DNA from: an uncultured Elusimicrobium sp.
GTDB taxonomy: Bacteria; Elusimicrobiota; Elusimicrobia; Elusimicrobiales; Elusimicrobiaceae
Assembly (NCBI GenBank): GCA_902797165.1
Contig: CADBRU010000029.1
Span: 2,443-66,442, forward strand
DNA length: 64,000 bases
Direction of reading: 5' to 3'
The notes under the pieces are model-generated. The model searched no databases. It worked only from the letters and a program-made list of their open reading frames with translations, and was not told where the DNA came from. Made by a program: the position numbers and the translations under genes. Each line of letters opens with the position of its first letter. Within the stretch, counting starts at the first letter, position 1. Positions 1 to 11,900 of this stretch are shown piece after piece.

Positions 1-1425
1 ATCGTCTTCATTGTACATGAGTACTTTTTGCAAGAGTTCTTCTTGCCCGGTTTTGAGCCATTGGGTAAAATAAACCATGCTGTCCATGGCCCCGCAATCA
101 TCTTGTCTCCAATGAAAGCCAAAGGCGGGTGCGGCGGCTTTAAGTGAAAAACTCGGCGCCGGCAAATAAAAAGCGTTATTTACCGATACTTTCAAATCAT
201 GGCACAAACTAACCAGCAGATTAAGTTTATCCGCATCCTCTTTATGCTCGGCGGCCAGTTTGCGCATTTTTTTTACTTCATATTCGGTCCAATGGTACAA
301 AACAGTGTCTGCCGGCTCTTTAATATAGTCGTAAAACTGTTCGAAAATTTTGATTTCTTCTTGCGGGGTTTTGGCCACAAAAGAAACATATTTATTTTCT
401 TCTTTATCCCAAATGCCGATTAAATATACAAAGGATATATTGTCTTTAGTGAATGTTTCGGTTGCTTCAAAATCAAAATATAAATTATGTTTTTTATCCG
501 GCGGGGGAAAATGTCCGGCTTGGCGCAAAACGGGTTTATTATGCAAGTAAGCAAGAGCGTTATAATAGGCCTCAGTGGCATAAGGTTCTTCCAAAATGCT
601 TTGTAGTTTGGGTAGGCCGGCTTTGGCTACATCGTCTGTGTTAAACATCCCGTAAATTTTTAAGCATTGGCGCATTTCCGTGCTTAAATGCGGCAACATT
701 TGCAAATCTTTACTTTGGGCTACTACCTTATTGGCATAAATGCGCCACGGAGACGCGGCAGCCTTAGGCGGTTTGTGTGCCTCGGGTTTAACTTGTCCGT
801 CTCTAATAGCGCGGAAATAAGCCAACTCGCGGGTGAGCCTTTCGGCATGTTCGGTGTAATCTACATCCACCGTTTTGCCTTTTAATTCCACCCGGGTATA
901 GCGGGGGGTAAACTGTTGTATATCGGCCAAAATTAAATTAAGCAGCGAAACTTGCAAGGCATAATGTTCCTTAAGATCATGCGCACGTTTAAATTGTACA
1001 ATGCGGTAATAATAATTGCCGAAAATACTTTTGCCGCCTTCGCACTTTTGCAATAAATTGATTGCGCCGTACACATTTTTAGGTAAATTCCATAAAGAAG
1101 CATTTACAATAGCCGGCTGCCCATCTGCCATGGCTTGCAAAGTGGCTTTGAAACGTTGCTCGTCGGAGGTGGCACTGATAAATACAACCCCCGGAAAATG
1201 TTGTTTGATCCATTCATCGCGGCTGTGGCGGTCGGTGCGGACTTTTAAATTTTCGTAACGGTTTTGCTCCACTACGGCCTCTTGCGGCGGGGCATGAAAT
1301 CCACACCAAATACCAAACGGATCCTCTAGTAAAGAGAACATTTTGGAAGCATTAAAATCAGATTGGTCGGGTGTGCGTCCTTGAGAAAATTGAGCAAATA
1401 ATGTATCGGCTAACGTTTCTGACAT
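1..1425 (-). CDS. TM0106-family RecB-like/YprB RNase H-like (DEDD) protein; 3' end runs off the window
   Basis: Absent from the ORF track because it has no stop in the window. Manual translation from ATG at 1425 (MSETLADTLF...) is open to position 1. C-terminal motifs LYFDFE, YLIG, YHWTEYE, SFSLK, GFHWR, MYNEDD match the TM0106/YprB RNase_H_2 domain. Confidence 0.8.
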   Translation of the reverse strand, partial: MSETLADTLFAQFSQGRTPDQSDFNASKMFSLLEDPFGIWCGFHAPPQEAVVEQNRYENLKVRTDRHSRDEWIKQHFPGVVFISATSDEQRFKATLQAMADGQPAIVNASLWNLPKNVYGAINLLQKCEGGKSIFGNYYYRIVQFKRAHDLKEHYALQVSLLNLILADIQQFTPRYTRVELKGKTVDVDYTEHAERLTRELAYFRAIRDGQVKPEAHKPPKAAASPWRIYANKVVAQSKDLQMLPHLSTEMRQCLKIYGMFNTDDVAKAGLPKLQSILEEPYATEAYYNALAYLHNKPVLRQAGHFPPPDKKHNLYFDFEATETFTKDNISFVYLIGIWDKEENKYVSFVAKTPQEEIKIFEQFYDYIKEPADTVLYHWTEYEVKKMRKLAAEHKEDADKLNLLVSLCHDLKVSVNNAFYLPAPSFSLKAAAPAFGFHWRQDDCGAMDSMVYFTQWLKTGQEELLQKVLMYNEDD

Positions 1426-1513
1426 ATATTATATTTTATCTATTTTAGAGAAGGGCTGCATAAAATATCGGAGAGATTGACCCGTATTTAAAAAAATATG
1501 ATAAGATGTATAT

Positions 1514-1993
1514 ATGGGAAATATAATACTCATGCAATCTGTAGGGTTTGTAACTTGTTTCATTTTGCTGTTTTATTTCATAGCAAAATATCGCGCGGCT
1601 TTGTTGGCTGATACGGACGAAGCCTATGCGTTAGACGATGATTTGACCGTGATGACCGTAGCCAAACCGATTCCCGTATCTCGCAGAGATGCGTTGGAAG
1701 TGGCGCCTCGTATGCCGGCTTTGGAAGTGGCAGATTTGAAAGAACAAGTAAAAGAAATGCATTATCATTTCGAAGAATATAAACTGACCCAAGATAAAAA
1801 CAATGCCGATTTGCAAAAACAATTAGCCCGCATGGAGCAACGGCTTTCCGTTTTTGAAAAAGAATATGTAACCAAATTGCAACCCACCTTGCTCAGTTTG
1901 ATCGGAGAATTGGAAGGCATGAAAGTGGCCGAAAGCGGTGCTAAAGAAAATCCGCCGCAAGCCGCTGCCAAAGATACGCCCGCAAAAAAATAG
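1514..1993 (+). CDS. Hypothetical protein, N-terminal membrane anchor plus coiled coil
   Basis: Hydrophobic N-terminus (VGFVTCFILLFYFI), heptad-rich middle, followed by a terminator. Confidence 0.7.
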   Translation: MGNIILMQSVGFVTCFILLFYFIAKYRAALLADTDEAYALDDDLTVMTVAKPIPVSRRDALEVAPRMPALEVADLKEQVKEMHYHFEEYKLTQDKNNADLQKQLARMEQRLSVFEKEYVTKLQPTLLSLIGELEGMKVAESGAKENPPQAAAKDTPAKK

Positions 1994-2018
1994 ATTTCAT
2001 CCTAAGTGTAAATGCTTG

Positions 2019-2048
2019 CCCCCTGCCACCGGCAGGGGGTTCTCTTTA
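2019..2048 (+). terminator. Intrinsic terminator
   Basis: CCCCCTGCC-acc-GGCAGGGGG followed by TTCTCTTT. Confidence 0.75.
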
Positions 2049-2126
2049 TCTTGAAAAGATTTGACAAAGTGCGTTCTTTTTTAGAATAGTAATTAATAGT
2101 GCTTAAAAATATAACAGGAGAAAAGT

Positions 2127-2642
2127 ATGAAAAAAGGTTTTACACTTATTGAACTACTGGTAGTTGTTTTAATTATCGGTATCTTGTCTGCTATTGCTTT
2201 GCCGCAATATACCAAAGCGGTAGAAAAAGCCCGCGCCGCGGAAGCCATGCAAATGCTTAAGTACATGCATAACCAAGGTGTGTTGTGTGAACTGGAACAC
2301 GGCGCCGCATGGTGTTATGGGAAAAGTAATGAGGATGTCGGCATAGAACTTGGCAGCGGTTTTACTTGCGATTTTGATGGAGAGACCGAGCGTTGTTGTA
2401 ATACCCATTGGTGTTATGATAATAATAGTCTGCCGGCTGGGTCTATGTGTGCTGGTGGCGATCCAACGTCTCCGATAGCAATGAGAGTTTCTTCTAAACC
2501 AGATGATGTGTTTAATGTTGATTCTATGTATGCTTTAGAATTTCAGGGTTGTGTTAGTTCTCGATCCGATTTTAATCAAATTGTATGCTACGTAAGTGAT
2601 AAATGGTGTAAAATGTTCAAAGGGAACGGAAATCCTATTTAA
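2127..2642 (+). CDS. PilE-like type IV prepilin (copy 1), Cys-rich variable C-terminus
   Basis: MKKG|FTLIELLVVVLIIGILSAIALPQY class III signal peptide; SD AGGAG upstream. Confidence 0.9.
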   Translation: MKKGFTLIELLVVVLIIGILSAIALPQYTKAVEKARAAEAMQMLKYMHNQGVLCELEHGAAWCYGKSNEDVGIELGSGFTCDFDGETERCCNTHWCYDNNSLPAGSMCAGGDPTSPIAMRVSSKPDDVFNVDSMYALEFQGCVSSRSDFNQIVCYVSDKWCKMFKGNGNPI

Positions 2643-2659
2643 TTAAAACATCTGTCAAA

Positions 2660-2700
2660 TTTGCAAAATCCCTGTGCAAAATGTGCGGGGATTTTGCAAA
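2660..2700. terminator. Long hairpin, probable bidirectional terminator
   Basis: TTTGCAAAATCCCTGTGCA-aaa-TGTGCGGGGATTTTGCAAA, with G:U pairs. Confidence 0.6.
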
Positions 2701-2957
2701 ATAAGCCTTAAAATCACCCATTTTGCTCTTATTTTTACCAAAAACGACCTCAAAATTGCATTTTTTACTCTATTTCTACAAACAAATTTACCCTCGAATT
2801 TATATTGCTCTTTTATTAAAAACCCTATTTTCTAATAATTCTAATTAGATTTTGTCAAGCACTTTTTTAAAAAATGCTTGCTCTTTCTGCGCCCGTACGC
2901 GTAAATTTAATATAATATACACATAAGAGATTTTACGTATAAAACTCGGGAGATGAC

Positions 2958-5900
2958 ATGAATACGAAAACCAAAGAACCTATTGCCATTGTCGGTCTGG
3001 GTGCCATTATGCCGGGGGCACTAACCAAAGACGAGTTCTGGCAAAACATTCAATCTGGTAAATATTGTATTACCGAAGTTCCTAAGTCTTATTGGGATGC
3101 AGACCTCTACTACAGTCCCGATCATAAAGCCGAAGATAAACTCTATTCCAAAATCGGCGGCTTTATCCCAGCAACCTTTAAATTTGATTCTATTCGTTAC
3201 CGTATCCCGCCTCAAATTGCCAAGCAAATGGACCCCATTCAACATTTAGCCATTGAAACCACGCGCATGGCACTCGAAGACAGCGGATATGACAAAAAGG
3301 AATTTGACCGCAACCGTTGTGCGGTCATTATCGGCAACTCCATGGGCGGTATGAAAAATGACAAGTCTAACTTGCGTTTGAACCGTCCGGTCTATTATGA
3401 AATTTTGAAAAACACTCCGACTTACCGGGCTTTATCTCCCGAAACCGGTAAGAAGTTAATTGACGAAATGGAAGACGGCGTGCGTGAACATTTTATGCCG
3501 GTAACCGAAGACTCTATGCCCGGTGAACTGGCAAATGTGATTGCCGGACGTATTGCCAATGTGTTTGATTTGCACGGTACCAACTTTACCGTAGATGCCG
3601 CGTGTGCCACCTCTTTGGCCGCGGTAGATCAAGCCGTCAATGGACTTCGCGAAGGTAATTTTGATATGGCCATCGTGGGCGGTGTAGATCAGATGATGGC
3701 TCCGGCTTCGTACATTAAATTCTGCAAAATTGGTGCCTTGTCTGAGCATGGCTCTTGCCCATTTGATGCCAAAGCCGACGGATTTGTCATGGCGGAAGGT
3801 GCCGGAACCGTTATTTTAAAACGTTTGTCTGATGCGGTAAAAGACGGAGACAAAGTATATGCCGTCATCCGCGCGATTGGGGCCTCTTCCGACGGTAAAG
3901 GGAAAGGTATTACCGCTCCTAACCCCAAAGGACAAAAAATTGCGGTAGAAAAAACTTTTGAACAATTAGATTATACCCCGGGGGATGTGGGCTTAATTGA
4001 AGCACATGGCACCAGCACCCGCGTAGGTGATGCGGTGGAACTCAATGCCTTGTACGAAATTTTTGCCCCGTATGCTAAACCCGGTACGATCGGACTGGGT
4101 AGCGTAAAGAGCCAAATCGGTCATGCCAAAGCGGCGGCCGGTATTGCCTCTTTAATCAAAACGACCATGGCCATTTACAATAAAGTATTGCCGCCGTCTG
4201 TCAATTTTGAAACGCCGAACCCGACGGTAGATTGGGCCACCAGTCCCTTCCGTGTTATTACCAAAGCAGAGCCTTGGAACACCGATAAAGTACGCCGCGC
4301 CAATGTGTCTGCTTTTGGTTTTGGCGGGACTAATTTCCATGTAGCCTTAGAAGAAATGAATGACGGACTTCTTCGTAAAGAAACCCCGCAAACACAAGCG
4401 GAGCAACCTATTTCCAACCCCGTAAAGGAGCAAACAACCATGAATGAAATTCAGTACAACTTGCTGGTACCCGGTGAGAAAATTCAAAGTGATATGCTTT
4501 CTTTTTCCGCCGACACTAAGCAAGAATTATTTAATGTGTTAGGAAAAGCCATTTTGGCTATTGAAAACGATCCTACCTATCTGCCTAAAATTTCGTATCA
4601 AAACCACATCCAAAGCCCGCATAAATTTGCGGTGGCCATTAATGTGGAAAATCCGGCCAAACTCAAAGAAAAAATTGAGTATTTTGTCAAAATTGCCGGC
4701 ACGCAAGATGTTTGGGCACAAGAATCTTTGTACTTAAAAATGAAAGGCATTTATCCGTTTACTCCGAGCAATATTAAACCTAAAGTGTGTTTTATGTTTC
4801 CGGGGCAAGGCTCTCAATACGTCGATATGATGAAAGATTTGGCTTCCAAATATAAAGTAGTCATGGATACTTTTATGGAAGCGGACCGTCACTTAATGAA
4901 CATTATCGGCGAAACCTTAACGGAAACTTTATGGAGTAAACCCGGTGAAACCAAAGAGCAACTCATTGAACGGGAAGCCGCCATTAAGAAAACCGAAATG
5001 ACGCAACCGGCTATGCTCACAGCCGATATTGCTATGATGCGCTTATTATCTACCTTCGGTTTGAAACCCGACGTGGTAATGGGACACAGTTTAGGGGAAT
5101 ATGCCGCTGCGGTGGCTGCCGGTGTATTTGATTTTGAAAACGGTTTGAAGGCCGTTTGTACCCGCGGTAAAGTGATGTCGGAAATCCGCGTAGAAGATAA
5201 CGGTAAGATGGCTTCTATTGCCGCTCCGACGGAAGTGGTAGAGCCGGAACTTAAACGCATTAGCGGTTATGTGGCCGTAGCCAATAAAAACTGCCCAACC
5301 CAAACCGTTATTGCCGGGGCCAGCAAATCTGTAGATGATGCTATTAAAATGTTTACCGATATGGGTATTCAAGCGGTGCAAATTCCGGTGTCTCACGCTT
5401 TCCACTCCGATGTGGTAAAACCGGCTATGCCGCAATACCGCGCTTTCTTAGATACCCTAGAATTTCATGCGCCGAAAATGCCGATTACCACCAACGTCAC
5501 GGCAGAATTTTATCCCAGTGATCCGGAGCAAATTAAAGATTTACTTGTTACACAAATCTCTCATTCCGTGGAATGGATGAAACAATTGCGCACCACCTAT
5601 GAATCGGGCGTGCGTTTGTTTGTGGAATGCGGTCCCAAACGGGTACTGGCGGCTTTAGCGGCCAATACTTTATCGGACAAAAAAGATATCAAAGTGCTTG
5701 CCTCTAACCATCCCAAAAAAGGCGGCATTGTGGAATTTAACGATTTGTTTGCCAACCTAACTTCTTCCGGTATCTTTATTGATTGGAAAGGAACGGATAT
5801 TTTCGGCGATAATTCTACCTATAACCCGGCATTTGTAAATTGGGTCAATCCGCCTGCTACGCAAGCGGTGGCGGCTGAGAAAATAGTGGCTGACAAAAAC

Positions 5901-8900
5901 AATACGCAATCTGATACACAACCTACGGCCAGTCAACCGATCAAAAATGTAGTAATTAGCGGTATTGCCGCGGGTGGTCCGGGCAGTTGGGATCGTGTTT
6001 TCCGTGAAGGGGTGTTGGATGAAATTTTGTCCGGACGCAATATGATTGAGCCTGTCCCGTCGGATATTCAACAAAAACAAATTGATAAACACGTGGAATT
6101 TGTGGTGAAATCACGCGACGGAAATCATCATTTCGAACGCTTAACATCTCCGACGCAAGCCATTAAATTATATGCCAAAAGCGGTGCGTTTGATGTAGAA
6201 AAAGAATTTGGTTTACCGGCTAAATGGGTGCGCTCCATGGATCGCAGTTTCCAATTGGCCATTGCGGCGGGTATGCTGGCCTTAAAAGACGCGGGCATTC
6301 CTTTGGTGCTTTACTACAAACCTACTTCCACCGGCGGATATTTACCGGATCGCTGGGGACTTCCGGCTGAAATGATTGATGAAACAGGGGTCATCTTTAC
6401 CTCTGCTTTCCCGGTAGCCAACAGTATGATGGGAGATTTAACCAAACGCGTAACGGGGCTACTTAATAATAAAACCGCCAAAGAAGTACGCACTTTCTGT
6501 GAGACGTTAATCAGTCAAATTTCCGATCCGGCTTTAAAAGCGGAAATTGAAACTTGGTATCAAACCAACTTCAAAGAAAAAGAAATCGAACCGGAAGCAT
6601 TTACTTCTGAATTTATTTTAAAGACCATTATCATTGCGCATTGTCATTTCTGCCAATGGATTCGCGCACGCGGACCGGCGCTTGCCATGAGTTCTGCTTG
6701 TGCCTCCACGGCTCAAGCAATAGCACTTGCGCAAGACTGGATCAAGTTAGGGCGTTGCAAACGCGTCATTGTAATCGGTGCGGATGATATTACCAACGAT
6801 AATGTATCCGAATGGATTTTGACGGCGTTCTTAGCGTCCGGCGCGGCTACCACGGAAGGGGATGTGACTAAAGCGGCGTTGCCGTTTGACCGTCGGCGCA
6901 ACGGTATGATTGTAGGTATGGGTGCTGTTTCTCTAGTAGTAGAAGATGAAGCAGAAACCGTTAAACGCGGCATGAAACCGTTAGCGCGCCTACTTTCTAC
7001 GGAAATTGCCAATAGTGGCTTCCATGTGACCCGCTTAGATGTGGCCCATGTGGCGCAAGTGATGAATCGTTTGGTGGCAACTGCGGAAAAAACCTATGGC
7101 CTTAATCGCAGTGATATTGCCAAACAACTGGTTTTCATTTCTCATGAGACTTATACGCCGGCGCGCGGCGGCTCTGCCAGTGCCGAGGCATATGCTTTGA
7201 AATCTACCTTTGGCAAAGATGTCAGTTCCATCATTGTCAGCAATACCAAAGGTTTTACCGGACATTCGATGGGAGCGGGACTGGAAGATGTTATTGCGGT
7301 ACGTTGTTTGAGTACCGGTTTGGTACCGCCGATTGCAAACTTCAAAGAAGCAGATCCGGAACTCCAAGGTATTACATTAAGTAAAGGCGGCCATTATAAT
7401 TTCAAATATGCCTTACGTTTGGCTGCCGGCTTTGGCTCTCAAATCGGTATGACCTTACTTGAAAAAGTATGGCAAGTAGGAGAGCCGCGTGTGGCAGATG
7501 AAGCCAAACATACGGCTTGGCTGAAAACTATTTCCGGGCAAGAAAATCCGGCCTTGGAAGTGGTACAAAATACTTTGCGTATCAAAGACAATTACAAACA
7601 TGGTGTAAAACCGTCTTTAGTCATGGAAGGTTCTCAAGCCTTTGTAGATAAAGTAAATGCAGTGCACATCCCGACGGAAACCCCGGTTGCGGCTCAAGTA
7701 ACACCGGCCGTGCAACCCGCACCCGCGGCCGTTGCCCCGGCCCCGGTGGCCAAACCTGCGCCTGTGTCTAAACCGTTAGATGAAGCAACCGCAACCAAAG
7801 AAATTTTGGCTATTGTATCTGAAAAGACAGGCTATCCGGAAGATATGCTTGATCTTGATTTAGATATGGAAGCGGACCTTGGTATTGACACGGTCAAGCA
7901 AGCAGAACTGTTTGCGGTAATGCGTGAGAAATACGGCATTGCACAACAAGAAGGCGTACAACTAAAAGATTATCCGACCATTCGTTCTATTATCAAATAT
8001 GCGGTAGCACACGCGAGCGGTCAAAGTGCTGCTCCCACGGCTCAACCGACGGTTACTCCGACCCCGGTGCAAGAAACTCCGGTTGTAAAACCTGCTCCGG
8101 TCGTTGCCCCTGCGCCCGTTGCAAAACCGGCGCCTGCAGTTGCGGCTAAACCGTTAGATGAAGGCACTGTAACCAAAGAAATTTTGGCTATTGTATCTGA
8201 AAAGACAGGCTATCCGGAAGATATGCTTGATCTTGATTTGGATATGGAAGCAGACCTTGGTATTGACACGGTCAAGCAAGCCGAACTCTTTGCGGTCATG
8301 CGTGAGAAATACGGCATTGCGCAACAAGAAGGCGTACAACTAAAAGATTATCCGACCATTCGTTCCATTATTAAGTACGCTATGGAACATTCCGGCGGTC
8401 AAAGTGCGGCTGCTGCCCCTGTGCAACCCGCGCCTACTCCGACCGTGCAACCCGCACCCGCGGCCGTTGCTCCGACGCCGGTTGCCCAACCTACGCCTGT
8501 GGTTAAACCCGCACCCGCGGCTGTGTCTAAATCGTTAGATGAGGCTACAGTTACTAAAGAAATTTTAAATATTGTGGCCGAAAAAACAGGCTATCCGGAA
8601 GATATGCTTGACTTAGATTTGGATATGGAAGCAGACCTCGGTATTGACACGGTCAAGCAAGCCGAACTCTTTGCGGTCATGCGTGAGAAATACGGCATTG
8701 CGCAACAAGAAGGTGTACAACTAAAAGATTATCCGACCATTCGTTCTATCATCAAGTATGCTATGGAACATTCCGGCGGTCAAAGTGCGGCTGCTGCCCC
8801 TGTGCAACCCATGCCTACTCCGACCGTGCAACCCGCACCCGCGGCCGTTGCTCCGGCCCCGGTTGCCCAACCCGCGCCTGTGGTTAAACCCGCACCCGCT

Positions 8901-11900
8901 CCGGCGGTAACGGCTACAAAAGCAGTTGCCTTGGACGAAGCCACTGTGACAAAAGAAATTGTAACCATGGTGGCGGAAAAAACGGGTTATCCGGAAGATA
9001 TGCTTGACTTAGATTTGGATATGGAAGCGGACCTCGGTATTGATACGGTCAAGCAAGCCGAACTCTTTGCCGCGATGCGCGAACATTATGGTATTACTTC
9101 TCAGGAAGGCATACAACTTAAAGATTATCCGACCATTCGCCACTGTATTAATTTCGCTTTGGCGCAAGCCGGTAAATCAGCGGCTCCTGCTACGCAAACG
9201 GTTGCACAAGTTGCTCCTGCAGTAGAAAAACAACCGGAAATTGCGACGGCTGCGGTAGCGCAAACCCCGGTAAAAGAAACGGTTGCACCCGCCCCTGCAA
9301 ACACCGAATTGCCGGTGCAAAAAGTAGCCACATTGCAAGAGGCTGTTCCGGCGGCAAAACCGGTGGAGAAACCGACTCCCGAAATGTTGGACACCAATCC
9401 GACCGGAGAAATTGCGAAAAATGTTTCCTTGGCGGAACGTCCGGAACCGGAAGGTTATGCGGGAGAACATTGCCATGAAAAGAAATTACGTTGCGTAACC
9501 GTGGTGGCTCCGGCCCCGCTTACCGAACGCACGGAACGGCACTTGTCTAAAGATAGAACGGTTTTGATTTTTGCGGACAATTCGCAACTTATCAAAGCCT
9601 ATCAGGAAGAATTTAAAGAATTAGGTGTCAAAACACATGTATTCACGACACTCAAAACACGCAGTAAAAATACAACGATTGTAAATTGGGAATCTTACGA
9701 AGAAACAGAAAGTGCACTCAAAGAATATGCACAAGAAGATCCCAATATACAAGGTATCGTGTACTTATTGGGTGCCAATGTAAAGAAATTTGATAAGAAA
9801 GCCAGCCCGCACGACGGATTAACCAAGTATGTAATGCCTCTGTTTATTGCCTTGCGTGTCTTTGAAAAAGGTTTAAGCAATCGTGCAGATGCCGATACTT
9901 TCTTTGCGGTTAATACCAAAATTGACGGTACATTCGGCTATACTACTACCGAAGAATTTAACCCGATTACGGGTGCTTTGTGCGGGGGTACGACTTGTTT
10001 CCGTAAAGATGTATATGAACGCACGGGTGCCATTAGCAAACTAATGGATTTTGAACCGGCCGTCACGCCTGATGAAATGGCGCAACGCACCTTAGATGAA
10101 GTATTGCACGGAGATATGCGCCTGATGATCGGTACCCGCGGAGGGGAACGCTCCACCATCTTATCCGTACCGGTGCGTTTGGACCGCAGTCAAAAACATT
10201 TTGATTTAGCGGGTAAAACCATTATCTTTACCGGATCGGGCCGCGGTATCGGTGCGATGCTCAGCCAAAAAATAGCCGCTCAGTATCATAGCAAAATTAT
10301 TGTTTTGGATATTATTGAAATTCAAGAGAAAACGACCTTGTGGGCTTCTATGAACGAGGCGGAACTGGCGGCTTTGAAAAAGCAAATTTGGGAAGATCTT
10401 AAAGCAGATCCGACCCAAAAAGCAACACCGGTTCTGTTGGAACGCGCCTTCGGTAAAGTGAAAGATTCTGTTACCTTGTATAAGAACTTGCAGAAATTGC
10501 GTGAGTTAGGCAGTGAAGTGGAATATTACCATTGTGACGTACTTAATAGTTCCATGGTCAAAGAAGTCTGCACCAAGATCAAAGCCAAAAACGGCCGTGT
10601 AGACGGTATGATTCACTTTGCTGGCTTAGAGCGCTCTAAACTGATTTACGATAAAGATCCGGCGGAATATTATCGTATCTTTGATGTAAAGGCCACCAGT
10701 TTTGCCAGTTTCTTGGCCAACAATATCGTTAAAGACGGCGGGTTCTTTGCTTTTGCCTCCTCTATTGCCGGTAAGTACGGCAATTTGGGACAAAGCGATT
10801 ATGCCTCCGCCAACGATTATTTAGCCAAGTCCGCTTTCAGTTTAACCAATCAAGGTTATCGTGCGGTAGCCATTGCCATGAGTGCCTACAAAAATGTAGG
10901 TATGGGTGTGCGTGCCGGGGTGGAAAGTTTCTTGCGTGCTAACGGAGTAGATTTTGTTGATCCCGAAGACGGTATGCAGATTTTCTTAGATGAAATCGTA
11001 TACGGTACAGTACCGGAAATTGTGTTGTCCGGTTCTTTGGGACGCCTAGATTGGGACGGACAATTGCGTTTGGATATGGACGAGATTGTGCCGCAATCTG
11101 GTGATAATACACCGCGCGGCGGCAGCAGCAGTAGCGGTGAAACAAGTGCCCCGAAAGTTGCCGCTAAACCCAAGACGCCCAAAACTTCCGCGGCCACTCC
11201 CGCAGCGGTGCAACCGGCCAAAGTAGCGGGCATTTCCGTACCTTCTGCTTTGCCCGATCCGCGCAAAGCCATTCATTTTCTGGGTCAAATTACTTCACAA
11301 AATCCGCAAGAAATTCATGCGGGCAAGGAATTTAATTTGGAATTAGATCCGTATTTGGCTGACCACGCCATCGAAGGTACGCCTTATGTGCCGGGTGTGA
11401 TGGGCATTGAAACTTTTATGGAAACCGCTACGGCATTGGGCGGAAAAGTACCGCAAGGATTAAAAGATGTGCATTTTTACTTGCCGATTAAACTTTTGCG
11501 CAATCGTCCGCAGGCGGTACGTGTGATCGGAAAAAATGAAAACGGTGATATTGCTATGGAAATTGAATCTGATTTCTTAAATAGCAAAGGAATTAAAATG
11601 GGCAATACCCGTCGTCACTTTACGGCTCATGCTTTGCAAGAGGGGTTTGTGTCTACATTTAATGAAGTCAAACCGTTTATTCCCACCAATCTGAACATGG
11701 TGCCGCAAGTGAGCAAAGAGGAAATTTATCAAAAGTATTTCCACGGTCCCAGTTTTCAGGTATTGGGCGGTATCTTGAAGGCAGATGCGGAAAGTTCTTT
11801 AGCGGTGTATAATACTACCCCGCGCCCGCAATGGCCGGACGGTCAAAAAGTTTTGTTGGCTAACCCGATGCTGATTGAAGCGGCTTTCCAATGCTGCGGA

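Noticed and set aside
1-1425. Cas4 or CRISPR-associated nuclease
   Set aside because: The overall architecture is TM0106/YprB, the Cys cluster is absent, and there is no cas context.
2061-2087. TTGACA-N15-TAGAAT with a T6 run before pilin copy 1 as another phase-variable promoter
   Set aside because: The tract is too short to be convincingly slippery and the -10 assignment is uncertain. Worth revisiting only in a genome-wide scan.
7776-9167. Regularly spaced repeats as a possible CRISPR array or DGR template/variable pair
   Set aside because: They are in-frame ACP domain duplications of about 380 nt. Differences are mostly synonymous and not adenine-specific, and there is no cas gene or reverse transcriptase.
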